From the NCBI GenBank assembly GCA_951406725.2, contig OX597819.1, forward strand, positions 106,888,001 through 106,952,000: DNA of 64,000 bases. The letters are read 5' to 3'. The DNA is from Octopus vulgaris (taxonomy: Eukaryota). Under the pieces are notes generated by a model. The model saw only the letters and a list, made by a program, of their open reading frames with translations, searched no databases and was not told the origin of the DNA. Made by a program: the position numbers and the translations under genes. This document shows positions 41,318-55,039 of the stretch, one piece after another (within the stretch, counting starts at the first letter, position 1; each line of letters opens with the position of its first letter).

Positions 41318-41569
41318 CGTGTGTTTGCGTGTGTGATTATGTGGGTATATATTTTTTATCTCTTATCTTCTAATTGTTTCACTCATTAGAATGCATAATT
41401 ACTGGGGCACGGCCTTAATGTACTTTACTCGAATGAATAAATGTGATCCCAGTGTCAGAGAGAATTAAACAGGCCAACACCGCTAGTCAAGCGGTGGTGG
41501 GGGCCAAACCCAGACACAAGAACACAAATACGAAGACAAAGAGCTCTTGAGTAAAATGTTCAAATTAAA

Positions 41570-41785
41570 ATGGCGCAATGGCACAATGTTTTAGCACGAC
41601 AGACAAAAGGCTGAGCAGCATTTTGTCCATCTTAAAGCTCTCACTCCAAGTTCCGCCGAGGCCGGTTTTACCTTTCTTTCTTTCTTTCTTTCAGACCCGA
41701 TAGAATTGATCATTAAAGGCGATGTTATCGACTTACACCCTCCTCGGAAATTGCTGGCCTTGTGCCAAAATTCGAAACCTTTAAT
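41570..41785 (+). mobile_element. Old SINE family A copy
   Basis: TTCCGCCGAGG, and AAATTGCTGGCCTTGTGCCAAAATTCGAAACC tail. Confidence 0.65.
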
Positions 41786-42283
41786 AAGTGCAAGCTACAC
41801 AATACAAAGTTAGTAATATTCCTTTGGAACTTGAACATAGAAATATTATTTACTCTATTTCCTTTCCAGTTATTCGCACCAAACTTCTGTACAGAAGGTG
41901 GAGTTTGTAGTAATCTATTTTGCATGGCTGCACTTCAATTCCTAAGATGTAAATCTTAAATAATTGGAAAAAAAATAATGAGTTCTTCACACTAATTTAT
42001 TAAATCCTTTTAAAGATTCAATATAGGTAACTGACGTAAATTTATACATGCATTTCTAATGAATGCATTTCAATTCTGGTTGTTATTATCGTTCTTCGCT
42101 CATCTTTTTCTGTTTATTCTCTTTCAATCAATTATAATCTTCTTTAGTAGTATTTCCTATGAGATTAATTATCTGGTTAGTATCTTGTTACAGAGTCTCT
42201 TAATGATTCCCACTGATATTTTTGTTCTCTGTTATATTATTTATTTTGCAATAATCATGCATGTTAATATACTGCTACATTAA

Positions 42284-42560
42284 GGTGGTGAGCTGGCAGA
42301 AACGTTAGCACGCCGAACGAAATGCGTAGCCGTATCACGCCTGCCGTTACGTTCTGAGTTCAAATTCGCCGAGGTCGACTTTGCCTTTCATCCTTTCGGG
42401 GTCGATTAAATAAGTACCAGTTACGCACTGGGGTGGATATAATTGACTTAATCCGATTGTCGGTCCTTGTTTGTCCTCTCTGTGTTTAGCCCCTTGTGGG
42501 TAGTAAAGAAATAGGTATTTCATCTGACGCTACGTTATGAGTTCAAATTCCGCCGAGGCC
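42284..42560 (+). mobile_element. SINE family A (young)
   Basis: GGTGGTGAGCTGGCAGAAACGTTAGCACGCC, GAGTTCAAATTC B-box, GCCTTTCATCCTTTCGGGGTCGATTAAATAAGTACCAG. The start of a second unit is truncated by SINE B. Confidence 0.9.
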
Positions 42561-42564
42561 GCTC

Positions 42565-42981
42565 TTATACTCTTACTCTTTTACTCTTTTACTTGTTTCA
42601 GTCATTTGACTGCGGCCATGCTGGAGCACCGCCTTTAATTGAGCAACTCGACCCCAGGACTTATTCTTTGTAAGCCCAGTACTTATTCTATCGGTCTCTT
42701 TTACCGAACCGCTAAGTGACGGGGACGTAAACACACTAGCATCGGTTGTCAAGCAATGCTAGGGGGACAAACACAGACACACAAACACACATACATATAT
42801 ATATATATAGATATATACGACAGGCTTCTTTCAGTTTCCGTCTACCAAATCCACTCACAAGGCATTGGTCGGCCCGGGGCTATAGCAGAAGACACTTGCC
42901 CAAGATGCCACGCAGTGGGATTGAACCCGGAACCATGTGATTGGTTAGCAAGCTACTTACCACACAGCTACTCCTGCGCCT
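42565..42981 (-). mobile_element. tRNA-derived SINE family B
   Basis: Reverse complement of 46690-47112: GGCGCAGGAGTAGCTGTGTGG A-box, GGGTTCAATCCC B-box, TTGGGCAAGTGTCTTCTGCTATAGCC, and AAGTAAAAGAG tail. Confidence 0.9.
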
Positions 42982-42994
42982 ATAATAATAATAA

Positions 42995-43039
42995 TAATTA
43001 TTATTATTATTGTTGTTATTCTTATTATTATTATTATTA

Positions 43040-43100
<61 letters not shown>
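42995..43100. repeat. (ATT)n microsatellite
   Basis: Direct reading. Confidence 0.9.
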
Positions 43101-43101
<1 letters not shown>

Positions 43102-44194
43102 CGAGCCAATACCCTGAATTTCAACTTGTCCTTAGATAGTAGAGCATCTTCCCTTTACACAAGTAACCCACGTAAGACAGATAGCTGCAACTGTCGGTCA
43201 GGGACCGAATGCCTGCTGCAAGCCCATTGTAGATGGTTTAACGTGGTATAGAAATGCATTGTCCGCAACATATTGCACAATTCTATTAGCCATTACATCG
43301 AGTCTACTATTAATTTTAAACAGAAATATTCTGCACACCTGCACTCATTTAAATATGAGGAGCATAGCAATCCACGTCCCTAGTCAACAAAATACACCAG
43401 CTGATAAATAGCAAGATGCTATAAAGGATATAATGAGCCATAATAGATTCTGGTGTCCCATACGAAGGCCAGTGCTCCACATGTGGACTCTGCCTTAAAG
43501 AAGCCCTCCAGATATTAATTCATAAATCGCCACAATTACTCAATAAACAGCACGCAGTATTTTCTATAAATACCCAGTCATAGAGGAGAAACAATGCAGA
43601 AAATATTTTCCGTTTGTGTGTGAGTGAGTGAGCGTGTGTTTGTTTCTGTGTGTTTGTGTCTGTCTGTCTGTCTGTCTGTGTCTGTGTGTGTATATATTTT
43701 GCCATCAATAGAATCCTGGTGAAAAATAATGTTTTCAGAACCTTGCCAGTTTAAAGGTATCGTGAAAGACCTGATTGCAAGCTCAACCTTCCGAGTTCAA
43801 TAAAATCATAACTAATTGAACCTCCTTTATTCTATTTTATCCAAGTTTTCAGCACCCTCTCGTAAATGTAAAGTACCAAACTTTTTTGAAAATACCGTAG
43901 CAGTAAACGAAGAACAAAATTAAACTAATACATACCACGAAGAAAAATAATACAACATAAAACGTAGAAAACTATTACTTAGCAATTCAAATACCCGGTG
44001 TCAGCTATTGCATAGGAATTATCGGGAGAAATTCTGGTGAAAATTCGAGCTCATCTAAGACCAATGTTGTTCTAAAGAAAGGTTAGCAATGCCACTTTGA
44101 TAGGCTACGTGAAGAGCCTAAAGAAATATTGTGAAGAAAAGTGCAAAAAAGTCTTCAAAACAAACATATATACACGCATATTCATACATCCGTA

Positions 44195-44330
44195 CATGCA
44201 TACATACAAATATGCATACATACATACATACATACATACATACATACATACATACATACATACATACATACATACATACATACATACATACATGCATACA
44301 TACATACATACATACATACATACATACATA
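44195..44330. repeat. (ACAT)n microsatellite
   Basis: Direct reading. Confidence 0.9.
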
Positions 44331-44622
44331 GTATTTAGGTATATATTGCACATAGTCCATTTAATAACGGCGGCAATGAACTGAGAAAGATTTGGCAAAT
44401 ATTTTTTACATGACAAACGGACTTGAATAGGCTTCTACGTTGTCACGTTTGGTTGCTGTTGTGGATGTGATGATGGTGCCGGTGGTAATGGTGGTGGTGG
44501 TGGGGGTCTTGGTGATGATGGTTATTGTAAAATTGTATTATTATGGTAAGTTGATTTCGTCACAAACACAACACACACACACACTTATATGTCTGTGTGC
44601 ATGTATATAAATTTATGCATGT

Positions 44623-44663
<41 letters not shown>

Positions 44664-46519
44664 TTGTGTCAAGGGGACGTAGCTAAATACCGACGTCTTA
44701 GACCCGATTCTCTACTTAATTAGTTCTGCTACTCCCTGCCACTTATAGTGCAGTGTTTTCAGCAATATTTATATAAGACTTACATATCAGGTTATATATC
44801 TATATGAGACTTACATATATTTACATATCAGGTTACATCATCCAACATCTCTCCGTATAAATAATATTTCAGAGATTAATGAAAATTTTCAACGTGTGAC
44901 ATGTTAATGAAATACGGACACTAAATAGTCAATAGCGATCTAAATCCTTCATGTCGGTATAAAAAATATACAGCAAGAATAAAAAAACGTATGAAACTTC
45001 ATTGCCTAAGAGATTGCTTAAAATCCTTTTTTTTCTTTTTCTTGTATCCATATGTATTTAGAAGACACAACATATGAGCATCGTTATTCAAAACGAAGAT
45101 GTTGAGAAAAACTCATATAAATATCAATCATAATAGAAATGTTATTATCTACCTGAGGAAAATTAACAACAGTTTAAGTTTTCCAACATCTGTAACTATA
45201 GTTAATATTTCAGCGATTAATGAAACTTTTCAGGGCATGTCAAGAGAAAAAATATAAAAATTCTTAACTAAACTGTTAATAATTATCTAAATACTTGCTG
45301 TCGGTATAAGAAAACTAAATAATAAATAATTGTAAATACATGGTATGAACATTTTGTACTCCCACACAGTCACCACATTACTATTTAGAAGAAGGAGAAT
45401 AAGAGTTGCATGATTCATTTCTCAAAATGTAAACGTTGAGAAATACGAAAATAAATACCAACGATGTTATGATCTACTGGATGAAAATTAACAACTATCA
45501 TCTCGTTTTCATTTAAAAAATACATAAATAAACTTTGCTTTAAGCACCAGGTGATATCGCGCCGAGAATAATATAATGGATATTCTAAGGAAGTAATAAA
45601 CATTCAAGCAAAAAGTTTTAGGAAGAAAGCATCGTGTCTCGAGCAAATCTGCAATTCACAATTCAAGTGAGAGGTGTTGTGTGGGGTCTTAAAAAATTAT
45701 CGTAAAAATACATTCATTTCTTTGTGACTAACTACAGTTGGATTAATTTCCTCTGGGTGTAGATGAGAGATAGAGAGAAAAGAACATGTATTAATTTATT
45801 TATATTTCTTTACAGTTTCTTTGATTAATAACACATACAAAATAGGATAAATGCCGAATTAAATGTATTCGAAGTAAAGAAAACATAAAATCAATCTACT
45901 GTCGAGCAACAATATATTTTGCAGTAAACCCCTTGAGATTTAAGCATGACGCTTCAACTGCAAAATACAAAAGCGAAAATGTACTACAGCGCATAAAATA
46001 TAAATTCTCTCAAAAATGAGAACAAAATCAATATAAATTTTGTATCCAATGTTCTATGGTTTAGATATTTCTTTTCTGAGCACTTGGTCCAAAGTACCAC
46101 CTCAATACATAGCAATATGTCAAATGCTTCGTATCATATATGTTATATATATATATAGTCAATTCATATAATGGAAGAAAAAAAACGGAGGACGTGCATA
46201 AGAAAAGTATTAGCTTGATACTCGGTGAATGGAGAGAGTATGACATTTCGAGCATAGCTCTTCGAAAGGAGAAGGGGAATGAAAGTAAGTCGCCAATGGC
46301 ACACATGTAGTTACATTGCTGAAGTGACCAGAAGTAGAAAGAGATAGAAAAAGTGGATTTTAGGACGGGAGAATGTGTGTGCGCAGACTTGTGCTTTTGT
46401 GAGTAGTATGTGTATGTATTATAGCATTTGTATGTGTGTTTTTTTGTGTTTGTGTGATTGGTATGTGGTATTTGTGTGATAGTATCTGTGTGGCGTGTAT
46501 GGTTGTGTTTGTGTGTGTA

Positions 46520-46572
<53 letters not shown>

Positions 46573-46596
46573 TGGATAGATATATGCATGTATATT

Positions 46597-46661
<65 letters not shown>

Positions 46662-46689
46662 TATATGTATACATATATATTTATATATA

Positions 46690-47112
46690 GGCGCAGGAGT
46701 GGCTGTGTGGTAAGTCGCTTGCTAACCAACCATATGGTTCAGGGTTCAGGGTTCAGTGCCACTGCTTGGCATCTTGGGCAAGTGCCTTCTGCTATAGCCC
46801 TGGACCGACCAATGCCTTGTGAGTGGATTTGGTAGACGGAAACTGAAAGAAGCCTGTCGTATACATGTATATATATATATATCTATGTGTGTTTGTTTGT
46901 GTGTCTGTGTTTGTCCACCTAGCATTGCTTAACAACCGATGCTGGTGTGTTTATGTCCCCGTCACTTAGCGCTTCGGCAAAAGAGACCTATAGAATAAGT
47001 ACTGGGCTTACAAAGAATAAGTCCCGGGGTCGATTTGCTCGACTAAAGGCGGTGCTCCAGCATGGCCGCAGTCAAAATGACTGAAACAAGTAAAAGAGTA
47101 AAAGAGTAAAAG
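46690..47112 (+). mobile_element. tRNA-derived SINE family B
   Basis: GGCGCAGGAGTGGCTGTGTGG A-box, GGGTTCAG, CTTGGGCAAGTGCCTTC, GGATTTGGTAGACGGAAACTGAAAGAAGCC, and GACTGAAACAAGTAAAAGAGTAAAAGAG tail. Confidence 0.9.
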
Positions 47113-48575
47113 AGGTATATGGCCTGCTCGCTTAGCCAGCGGGATGGTGTCATTCGAAGGCTAAAAGAATGCGAACGCATTGTGACCAGCGATGTGTAAC
47201 AACATCTGATGGTCTGGTCGGTCACGTGATCACGTGATATATATATATATAGGTATATATATGTGTGTGCATAGATAAATATATATATATATAGCATGCA
47301 TATAAATGTGTGTAAAACACATATATATTCAATATATATTATATTTAGAAAATCCATACTCTTTCTCTTTTACTCCTTTTCATATATATTTCTAGATTAA
47401 ATCAATTATTTGCATATCTAATTTCTAAGATATATTCGAGATACCTAATTTTCAGTAAACATTTTCTTATGTAAATGCTACTAGAAAACTAATTAATATT
47501 ATTTAAACAAAATTCTACTGACACCACTCGACATATCTGTCTGGTGTTTTAAATAAGATCTAGGCCCAAATATGAATACACACACACGCGCGCGCATACA
47601 TACACAGTTGTTCTAGTATAATACTTGAAAGAAGGAAAAAGAATGCTTAACGTTTCGGACGATTGACATTCACCAGAAAAAGGAAAGAGGGAAGAGACTG
47701 GGAAAGAAGGATGGAAAATGAAAGATCGGGGTGCTATACCTAACTACATACAAAAATACATACTCATATGCATGCATATAAATACATACATGCATGTATA
47801 CATGCATAGATATTTGCAGCAGAGAGAGTGGAGTTTACCTATTCATATGATCAGCTGGAAGTAGCATCGAACTTTTCGATTGGTACCCTAATCTTTTAAA
47901 ATGTAAAATATGAGTAGAATACCATGCATATTTTGTTGGTTAGACTAATAAGTTGGATATCAACGAGAACATCATCAACAATCACACTAAGACTATTACT
48001 CTAGTAAGCATTTTGGGAATCGTAACGTTATATTGTGATTATCTTGTTAGCTCTTATGACCTACAAGTAACTCTCACTTGCAACTGAAGATATACTACAG
48101 AACTATGTGGAGTTATTGAATTCGCGGCTTCTATAATGAAATCCGTGCAAGTAAACAATTGTAAAACAAATGACAGACAATAACAAAAAGAAACAATTCC
48201 CTATAAATCGATAAATAATATTTGTTCGTCTTTTTAGTAACCGATGTGCTTATTCACTTGAAAAGAAGAACGCTATCTATGACTATTTTAAATATATATT
48301 TGTTAGTTTTTCTGCTGAAATCAACAAACGATTGACAAACGAAGAATGCGACACATGACTGATATCTCTCTCTCCCTTTCTCTTTCTCTCTCTCTCATAT
48401 GTTTACTGCATATGTATATATAATATATAATACATATATATATATTTTATAAATGTAAATATCATTTGTTGCTGTATTTGTAGGAATCTATTGAGAAAAA
48501 AAAATCAATATCTGAACAATAACTGTAGGTGGTATTGACAATGCGTGTTTATGCGCGTATGTTTGTATGTATGTG

Positions 48576-48638
<63 letters not shown>

Positions 48639-48759
48639 TTGACGATGTCAACTGGTATTTTACTGCTTAGTGCTCTCGATCTTACTTGCCGTGGTTGATT
48701 CTGTGAGAGCGGAAAGCAATCTGTTTCAGTGGTCACAAAGGTTCTGTTTGCCACAAATT

Positions 48760-49395
48760 ATAAACTTTGGTACTTGGATGCTAACTATCGTGGAAGAATC
48801 TCACACACAAGTATTAATCTGAAAATCTTAGTTGTCCCCAGCAGAACATTTTTTTTAACCTGCCCTGTCCACATGTCAATTCTAACTTCTTCATCGTATT
48901 TCTGGAACTTGGTTGAGAGTGCTCCCAATCCCCTGAAAATTTCTCCAATAACAGTTACCCTCCTCAGTGCCCATAATTCTTGTAATTTCTTCTTTTAGTG
49001 GTTGCTATTTTCCCATCTTTTGCAGCTCTTTGTCACCTATCCGTGCATCCCAGGGTATGGCAATATCTATGATCTTGGTTTCCCTTTTTCTTCTATCTGC
49101 CACGACAATCTCTGGTCGCCAAGGAATAAATTAGGGAACCACAGTCGATTTTCAAATTCCAAAGGATCTTATTGTCATTGTTCTCAGTGACGCTCTCTGG
49201 TTCCTGTTTGTACTATTTCGGTACACTGCCCAGACAGTACTTTTCACATAGTCTCCAGTGAACAAACTTACCAACACTATCGTATCTCAATTCCTAGTGC
49301 TTTTGGGCCACGATATGTAAGATTGTTTTGGTTTTTGCTGCTACACATCCCACAAAGGGACGATTCACTGCACTTATCTATTTGGAGTTTGATGC
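48760..49395 (-). mobile_element. 3' end of an R4/Dong-like RLE non-LTR retrotransposon
   Basis: Minus strand reads C.MC.., RYDSVGKFVHWRLCEKY, EPESVTENNDNKILWN, RPEIVVADRRKRETKIIDIAIPWDARI, VLLGTTKI (zinc knuckle plus restriction-like endonuclease). Confidence 0.85.
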
Positions 49396-49404
49396 TATTA
49401 TATA

Positions 49405-49581
49405 ATTTACGTTATTTACATTTGACGGATATATGTCCTCATCTTGTTTGTTGTTAAAAACTTTTCGACTGATATACCCTCCATGCTTCATCAGTTGTCT
49501 TGAGGAAATTTCGAACCAGGTTTCTCATTCTTAAGGTATTTGCCGATGTTGTTGTTGTTGTCGTTGTTGATGTTGTTGTTG

Positions 49582-49671
<90 letters not shown>

Positions 49672-49805
49672 TGGTCACTGCTTGGAATCGAACTCGGAAT
49701 CTTGGGGTTAATATCCCGCGCCCTTAACCATTACGCCATATGGCGTCGTGGTTAAGCGCGCGGGCTACTAACCTCAAGATTCCGAGTTCGATTCCAGGCA
49801 GATAC

Positions 49806-49863
<58 letters not shown>

Positions 49864-50050
49864 GCAACAACATCGAAAACTACTTCTAGAATGAGAACCC
49901 TGGTTCGAAATTTTCCCCAAGACACCTGATGAAGGCTGGAGGGTATATCAGCCGAAACGTTGTGTTAACAAACAAGATGAGAACAAATATCCGTCAAATG
50001 TAAATAATGTAAATAATGCACATAATTCCTCATAACCATAAATATAGAAC
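49405..50050. mobile_element. Head-to-head inverted pair of a tRNA-headed element with a hammerhead-bearing PLE-like tail
   Basis: Palindrome centred at 49739/49740 (GCCATATGGC). Each arm has a tRNA-like head (A-box TGGCGTCGTGG, B-box GAGTTCGATTCC), then (AAT)n, a unique body, a hammerhead and a TGTAAATAA tail. Confidence 0.85.
49921..49966 (+). ncRNA. Minimal type I hammerhead motif (decayed mirror copy on minus strand ~49453-49500)
   Basis: GACAC-CTGATGA-A-GGCTG-gagggtatat-CAGCC-GAAA-CG-T-T-GTGTT. Confidence 0.8.
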
Positions 50051-50380
50051 TTTATTGATTTTTGTAGGCGTTGCATATCAATGCCTCAGTATATCCTTTC
50101 AGATCACTATTTCTTAGCCAACTTCAAATGTTGCTCTTGTCTTTTCCTTCAATTTCTCTGGGGTATTGCCCATGCATTGTATTCATTTTCCAATTGTTTA
50201 TTCTGCGACAATTATTGGTACAACTCCTACCTTTTTCATCGACCACAACTGCTTAACTTCCCAAGCAAACCTGTCATATCTCTCGACTTTTCTTCCTTCC
50301 TTATACACACATACATGTATGCATACATACATACATACATACATACATACATACATACATACATACATACATGCATGCAT

Positions 50381-50466
<86 letters not shown>

Positions 50467-53049
50467 ATGCACACATTACACTCCAACATACTCATATATA
50501 TATACACATATATACACTGATGCAAATTTATACAGTGTAAGATTTTTGTTTAAAATTATCTCTCTGCTTCGTAACTTCATAACTTACATAATCGAAATCA
50601 GCTCAGCAGTATATTCTAAAGTCAGTTACCTCGGCAAGAACCTGCAATTAATTTGCTTTGTCGCTTATGTGGTTGACAGTCACTTTTCAGGATACTGCTA
50701 CTCTAATAAATGAAATATGTTCCCTAAATTCATTTCTTGTTGGTCAGTGCATGACTTGTATTTAGTGATTAAAGCCATCATCTGAAACACCTAATCTATG
50801 AGATGCTAGATAATTATAAAGTAGTACGATGCCCTATTACTTTTTGTAGGTCTGTCGAAAACGTGTAAGATTCCTCTTTGGCTCTATATACAACTTAGTC
50901 ATCGATCTGCCAAGAACCTGCATTAGTATTAGGCCGGATCGTGTTCCAGCTTCCGTATTGTGTAAGCGATCGAGACTACATTAGGTCCACCTAAAGGGGA
51001 CACCAATCCCTGACTAACCGGCCGCTGCTACTCTGTTCAGAAACGTGAAACGTTCTGGTTCAAAAGCTTAATGCCCTGACTGATCTGTGAATTGAACCAA
51101 CGATGTTGAGTCCCACAACCTAACCACTAAGCAAGGCAAACCTCAGACCTCATACGTCTGGTAAGATGTATATATATAGAGAGAGAATAATACACAAACA
51201 CACACACTCTCTCTCACACACATACAGACACACACGCACACACATGCATACACTAGTTTATATATAGTAATAGTTCATTCGCGAATAAACCGAATTTTAA
51301 TCAGACGCCGTCTAGTTATGTCCTTCGCACTTTTCATTCACACATAGTGTTTTTTGAACACAAATTTCTATTGTACCCTTCGGCAATTTTGTTTAGAATT
51401 AAGTGCGCTCCTGTCAAGTAAAATTAAGTTTATAAGTATTCTAGTCATGGCTATCTCGTTTTGTTTTCAAGCATAGTATATCTAGAAATACATTGTCCAC
51501 TCTATCTTCACCTTGTGTCTAGCCACCGAAAGTCTTGAATAGACATGATGAAAAGTGTATCGGCCGTGAAATATCTATCATTCGTACATATGCCTGCGGA
51601 CAGTTCATCTCCCCATGTGGTTGTATAGCCACGAATCATAACCGATGAAGCAGATTAATTATAACTGGTATTCTAGATTTCAGTATCATATTTGTTCATG
51701 CACCTACTTTATCCAGTTAATTTTGTATCCTCAAATTGATGCTGGTCTAGTAGACATATGCCCGGAAATATTTTTCAGTTGGTATGGAGTAAACAAAAAG
51801 CTACAGGATTTGTAAATGGTTTCTCTACATACATTGTATTAATTGTTAACGTGTTGCAATAAGTTTAGACTATGAAGTCTGGATTATAGAAATCAAAAGA
51901 TTAAAGGGAATACGAACTGATATCATTACTGGATTTGAAATGCAATACAATGAAGGTGATGAGTTTACTGAAGTGACATATTTTCCTGTCCAAATTCAGA
52001 CGTTAGTTAGTATCTTTAAGAGGAGAAATCAAAATAGTGAAATGTCTGAAAATTGGTCATATTTTCTTCAGCATGCCGACTTTTTAGGAAAGTGGAGTTA
52101 ATGAATCAAGCACACAATAGAGAATGAATATTCTATGCACAGAAAAGTGGAGAGAATTACGTAATTGAATTTCTGAACGTAGTAACCAACAAAAATTGAA
52201 TTACGTACCATGAAGAAGAATGCTATATCAAAGAATTCAGTTAAATTGATGCACTGGCCATATTCTTCGTTAAACAGATTGCAACAGAGAATACAAATTA
52301 GATTGATAGTCTACACTGTCTTGTTTTGCTCTTTTTGTATGAAAAGATGGTTTTTATTGCATGGTATTTCTCATATGACATGTATTGTTTACAATGATAC
52401 CTTGCTTGGACTCTTTGAACTTTTGTCTCATTCAAATTCCATACATTTAGTTCATGCCTCGAACAACAAGACAGAACATGAGAATGGAAAAAGATTGCAT
52501 GGACATTGTTCTTCAGCTCAGTTACAATATGAACATTTTTCTCAATGATTCGACCGGCTCTGAGTGATCAAAGAAAATATATTTTAACCATAATGGATGC
52601 ATCATGGACCCGCTGATGCATATGGCACAACGTTTATCGTACGTTACCTTATCGTGCTTCACCTTGTCGTACGTTACCTTCTTTCGAAGCTTTATGTAAT
52701 AAAAACAAAACGTCTTACCATTGCCAAACAGATGGAGAAAGCATTTTTGTAAACATATCGTGTTCTTGGAAACAAGAATATGTAAACAGTACCAATTTAT
52801 CTACCAGGTAAAAAAAAAAATGTAAAAAGGATAGAACTTATCGAAGACTGCTGACCACTATCCCCATTATATATGTCATACATTGCATGCATGTGTTCGA
52901 TTCAGATTTACAAACTATACAATTTCAAGTACTATAAGAAAGCTTTCACGTCACGATTGAAACAAGAACACTCTAAAAAAGAGTACAGCGAAAACAAAAT
53001 TCTTCTGCCAATCACAGTACAGAAAATCGCAATGCTGTCCTTAGTATTT

Positions 53050-53262
53050 ATTTATTACCCACAAGAGGCTAAACATAGAGGAGACAATCAAAGGTATGAA
53101 GTCGATTACATCGACCCCAGTGCGTAACTGGTACTTAATTTATCAACCCCGAAAGGATGAAAGGCAAACTCGACCTAGGCGGAGTTTGAACTCACAACGT
53201 AACGGCAGACGAAATACCGCTAAGCCTTTCGGCCGGCGTGCTAATGTTTCTGCCAGCTCGCA
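53050..53262 (-). mobile_element. SINE family A
   Basis: Reverse complement of GCGAGCTGGCAGAAACATTAGCACGCCGG..GAGTTCAAACTCCGCC..GCCTTTCATCCTTTCGGGGTTGATAAATTAAGTACCAG. Confidence 0.9.
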
Positions 53263-55039
53263 ACTTTTGGTGTCATATTGGCCCTTCGAAGTCTTTTGAG
53301 TCTTAATAATAAGTGAAATAAAAATTTCAATTAACAATGCATGAAATAACAGCAGCTATTGAATATATGTCCTCTCTCTGACACGTACTCACGCTATCTG
53401 CCTGATGTAACATTTTTACTGTCATTCATATTCGCACTATATTGTAACATACAAACGATATCACTGTTGATACTGAAGTGGGCAACACTGAATGTTTCAT
53501 TTACTCTCCAAATCAAACTCAAGTCTTCTCGCGCGCAGTCTGCTGGTAGAAACAAAACTAAAAGCTAATGACAGATACTAAAAAAGAAATTAAGGAAATG
53601 AAGTCAAATGATGAGATGAGCCCTGGCACACATATGAAATCGTTATTTCTTAAATTTTTTATATTGTCGCCTTTACTAGAGTATTTGAAACTGCTGATAA
53701 AATTCCGCTGGCAATAATTGGCTATATTGGAAATTCTTATTTTAGTGTAAAGAGCGTGTCAGTTGCAGAAATTTACAGAGCCCCATTAAGTGAATTTATT
53801 GACATGAAATCTATGATACGCATTTGCAGCATTGAGAATGTACGACATAAGCCCATGGATATATTTAACAAAATATATAACATGTTAAAAAAACATCATT
53901 TTCTCTAGATATCTGCAATAGCTGACTTTGCAGAAAAATTCATTCCATAAACTTAAGCTGATAAAAAAATATCTCAGAACAAATTATTTACCGAGTCGTC
54001 TGATGGCTTTAGCTCGACTCAGCATCGAAATATTGATTTCAAGCACAGGGAAAATTTTGCAAGGAAGGAAGCATTTAAACGATGTCTGAAAATGTAAAAA
54101 CTAAGTTAGACATACAATGGTATGTATTAATGAATGAATATTTAACATTATATCATTTCTCGTTAATTAACTGGTGGTGTGACGTAATTGCCAGCCATTA
54201 AGATACCACTTTAGAATTAACAAAGAACACACGTGCAGTGGAGTCTCCTGGAGATGTGGAGCCATCTTCAAGGATTGACGGCTAGTGAAGTTTTAATTAT
54301 GTGCTGGGTTGTGTCTATCTAGAAATCACAGGATGTGCTGGCTACAACTCTTAAGAAAACATCTTGTTCTCATTCAATATATAGTTGACTCGTTGGATAT
54401 AGCATAGCATGGTATTGATATTTATGAAAGTACTGCTTCAATTTTCTGGTAGTAGTATGTTGAATGTGGTTTCCGTTATTAAAATTATATAACTATAAAT
54501 CCTAGTAGATTTAATGATATAGTCTTTGCGTTTGATGTATTCGTGTGGTTAATTGAAGTTTGTAGTTTGCTTTTACGAAAGCCTCTATAGTTATTTTACA
54601 AATGATTTATGGCATAATTCACAGGAATACATACATGCGCGCCTACGCACATACACACATATACACAAAGGGGGGATATATACATATATGTATGCGCATA
54701 GACACATACTGATATATATAAATATATATATCATACATATCAATACTTACACATATATAGATAAAAACTATTTGAAGATAGCTTTTTATTTGAAACACTG
54801 AAATCAAGTAGCATTCATTTTGAAAGTAACTGAAAGCATGAGTAATGTTAGAATATTCTACTTCAGGAAAATTAGGCCAATAAGTTTCTAGCAATATGTT
54901 AAGTAAGATTCTAAAAGAAAAATCTTGTAGAATGCTATACAAAGTTAGTCCACAGTTTTTCGCTACCTGATATCATCATGCTTCTCCAAATGGATATACA
55001 TAAGAAATATCTTAATATCTGTAGAGTTTATATAAATTG

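Noticed and set aside
49741-49800. tRNA gene candidates (also 61749-61825 and the SINE heads)
   Set aside because: No complete acceptor stem or cloverleaf, and they continue into repeat bodies, so they are tRNA-derived SINE heads rather than tRNAs.
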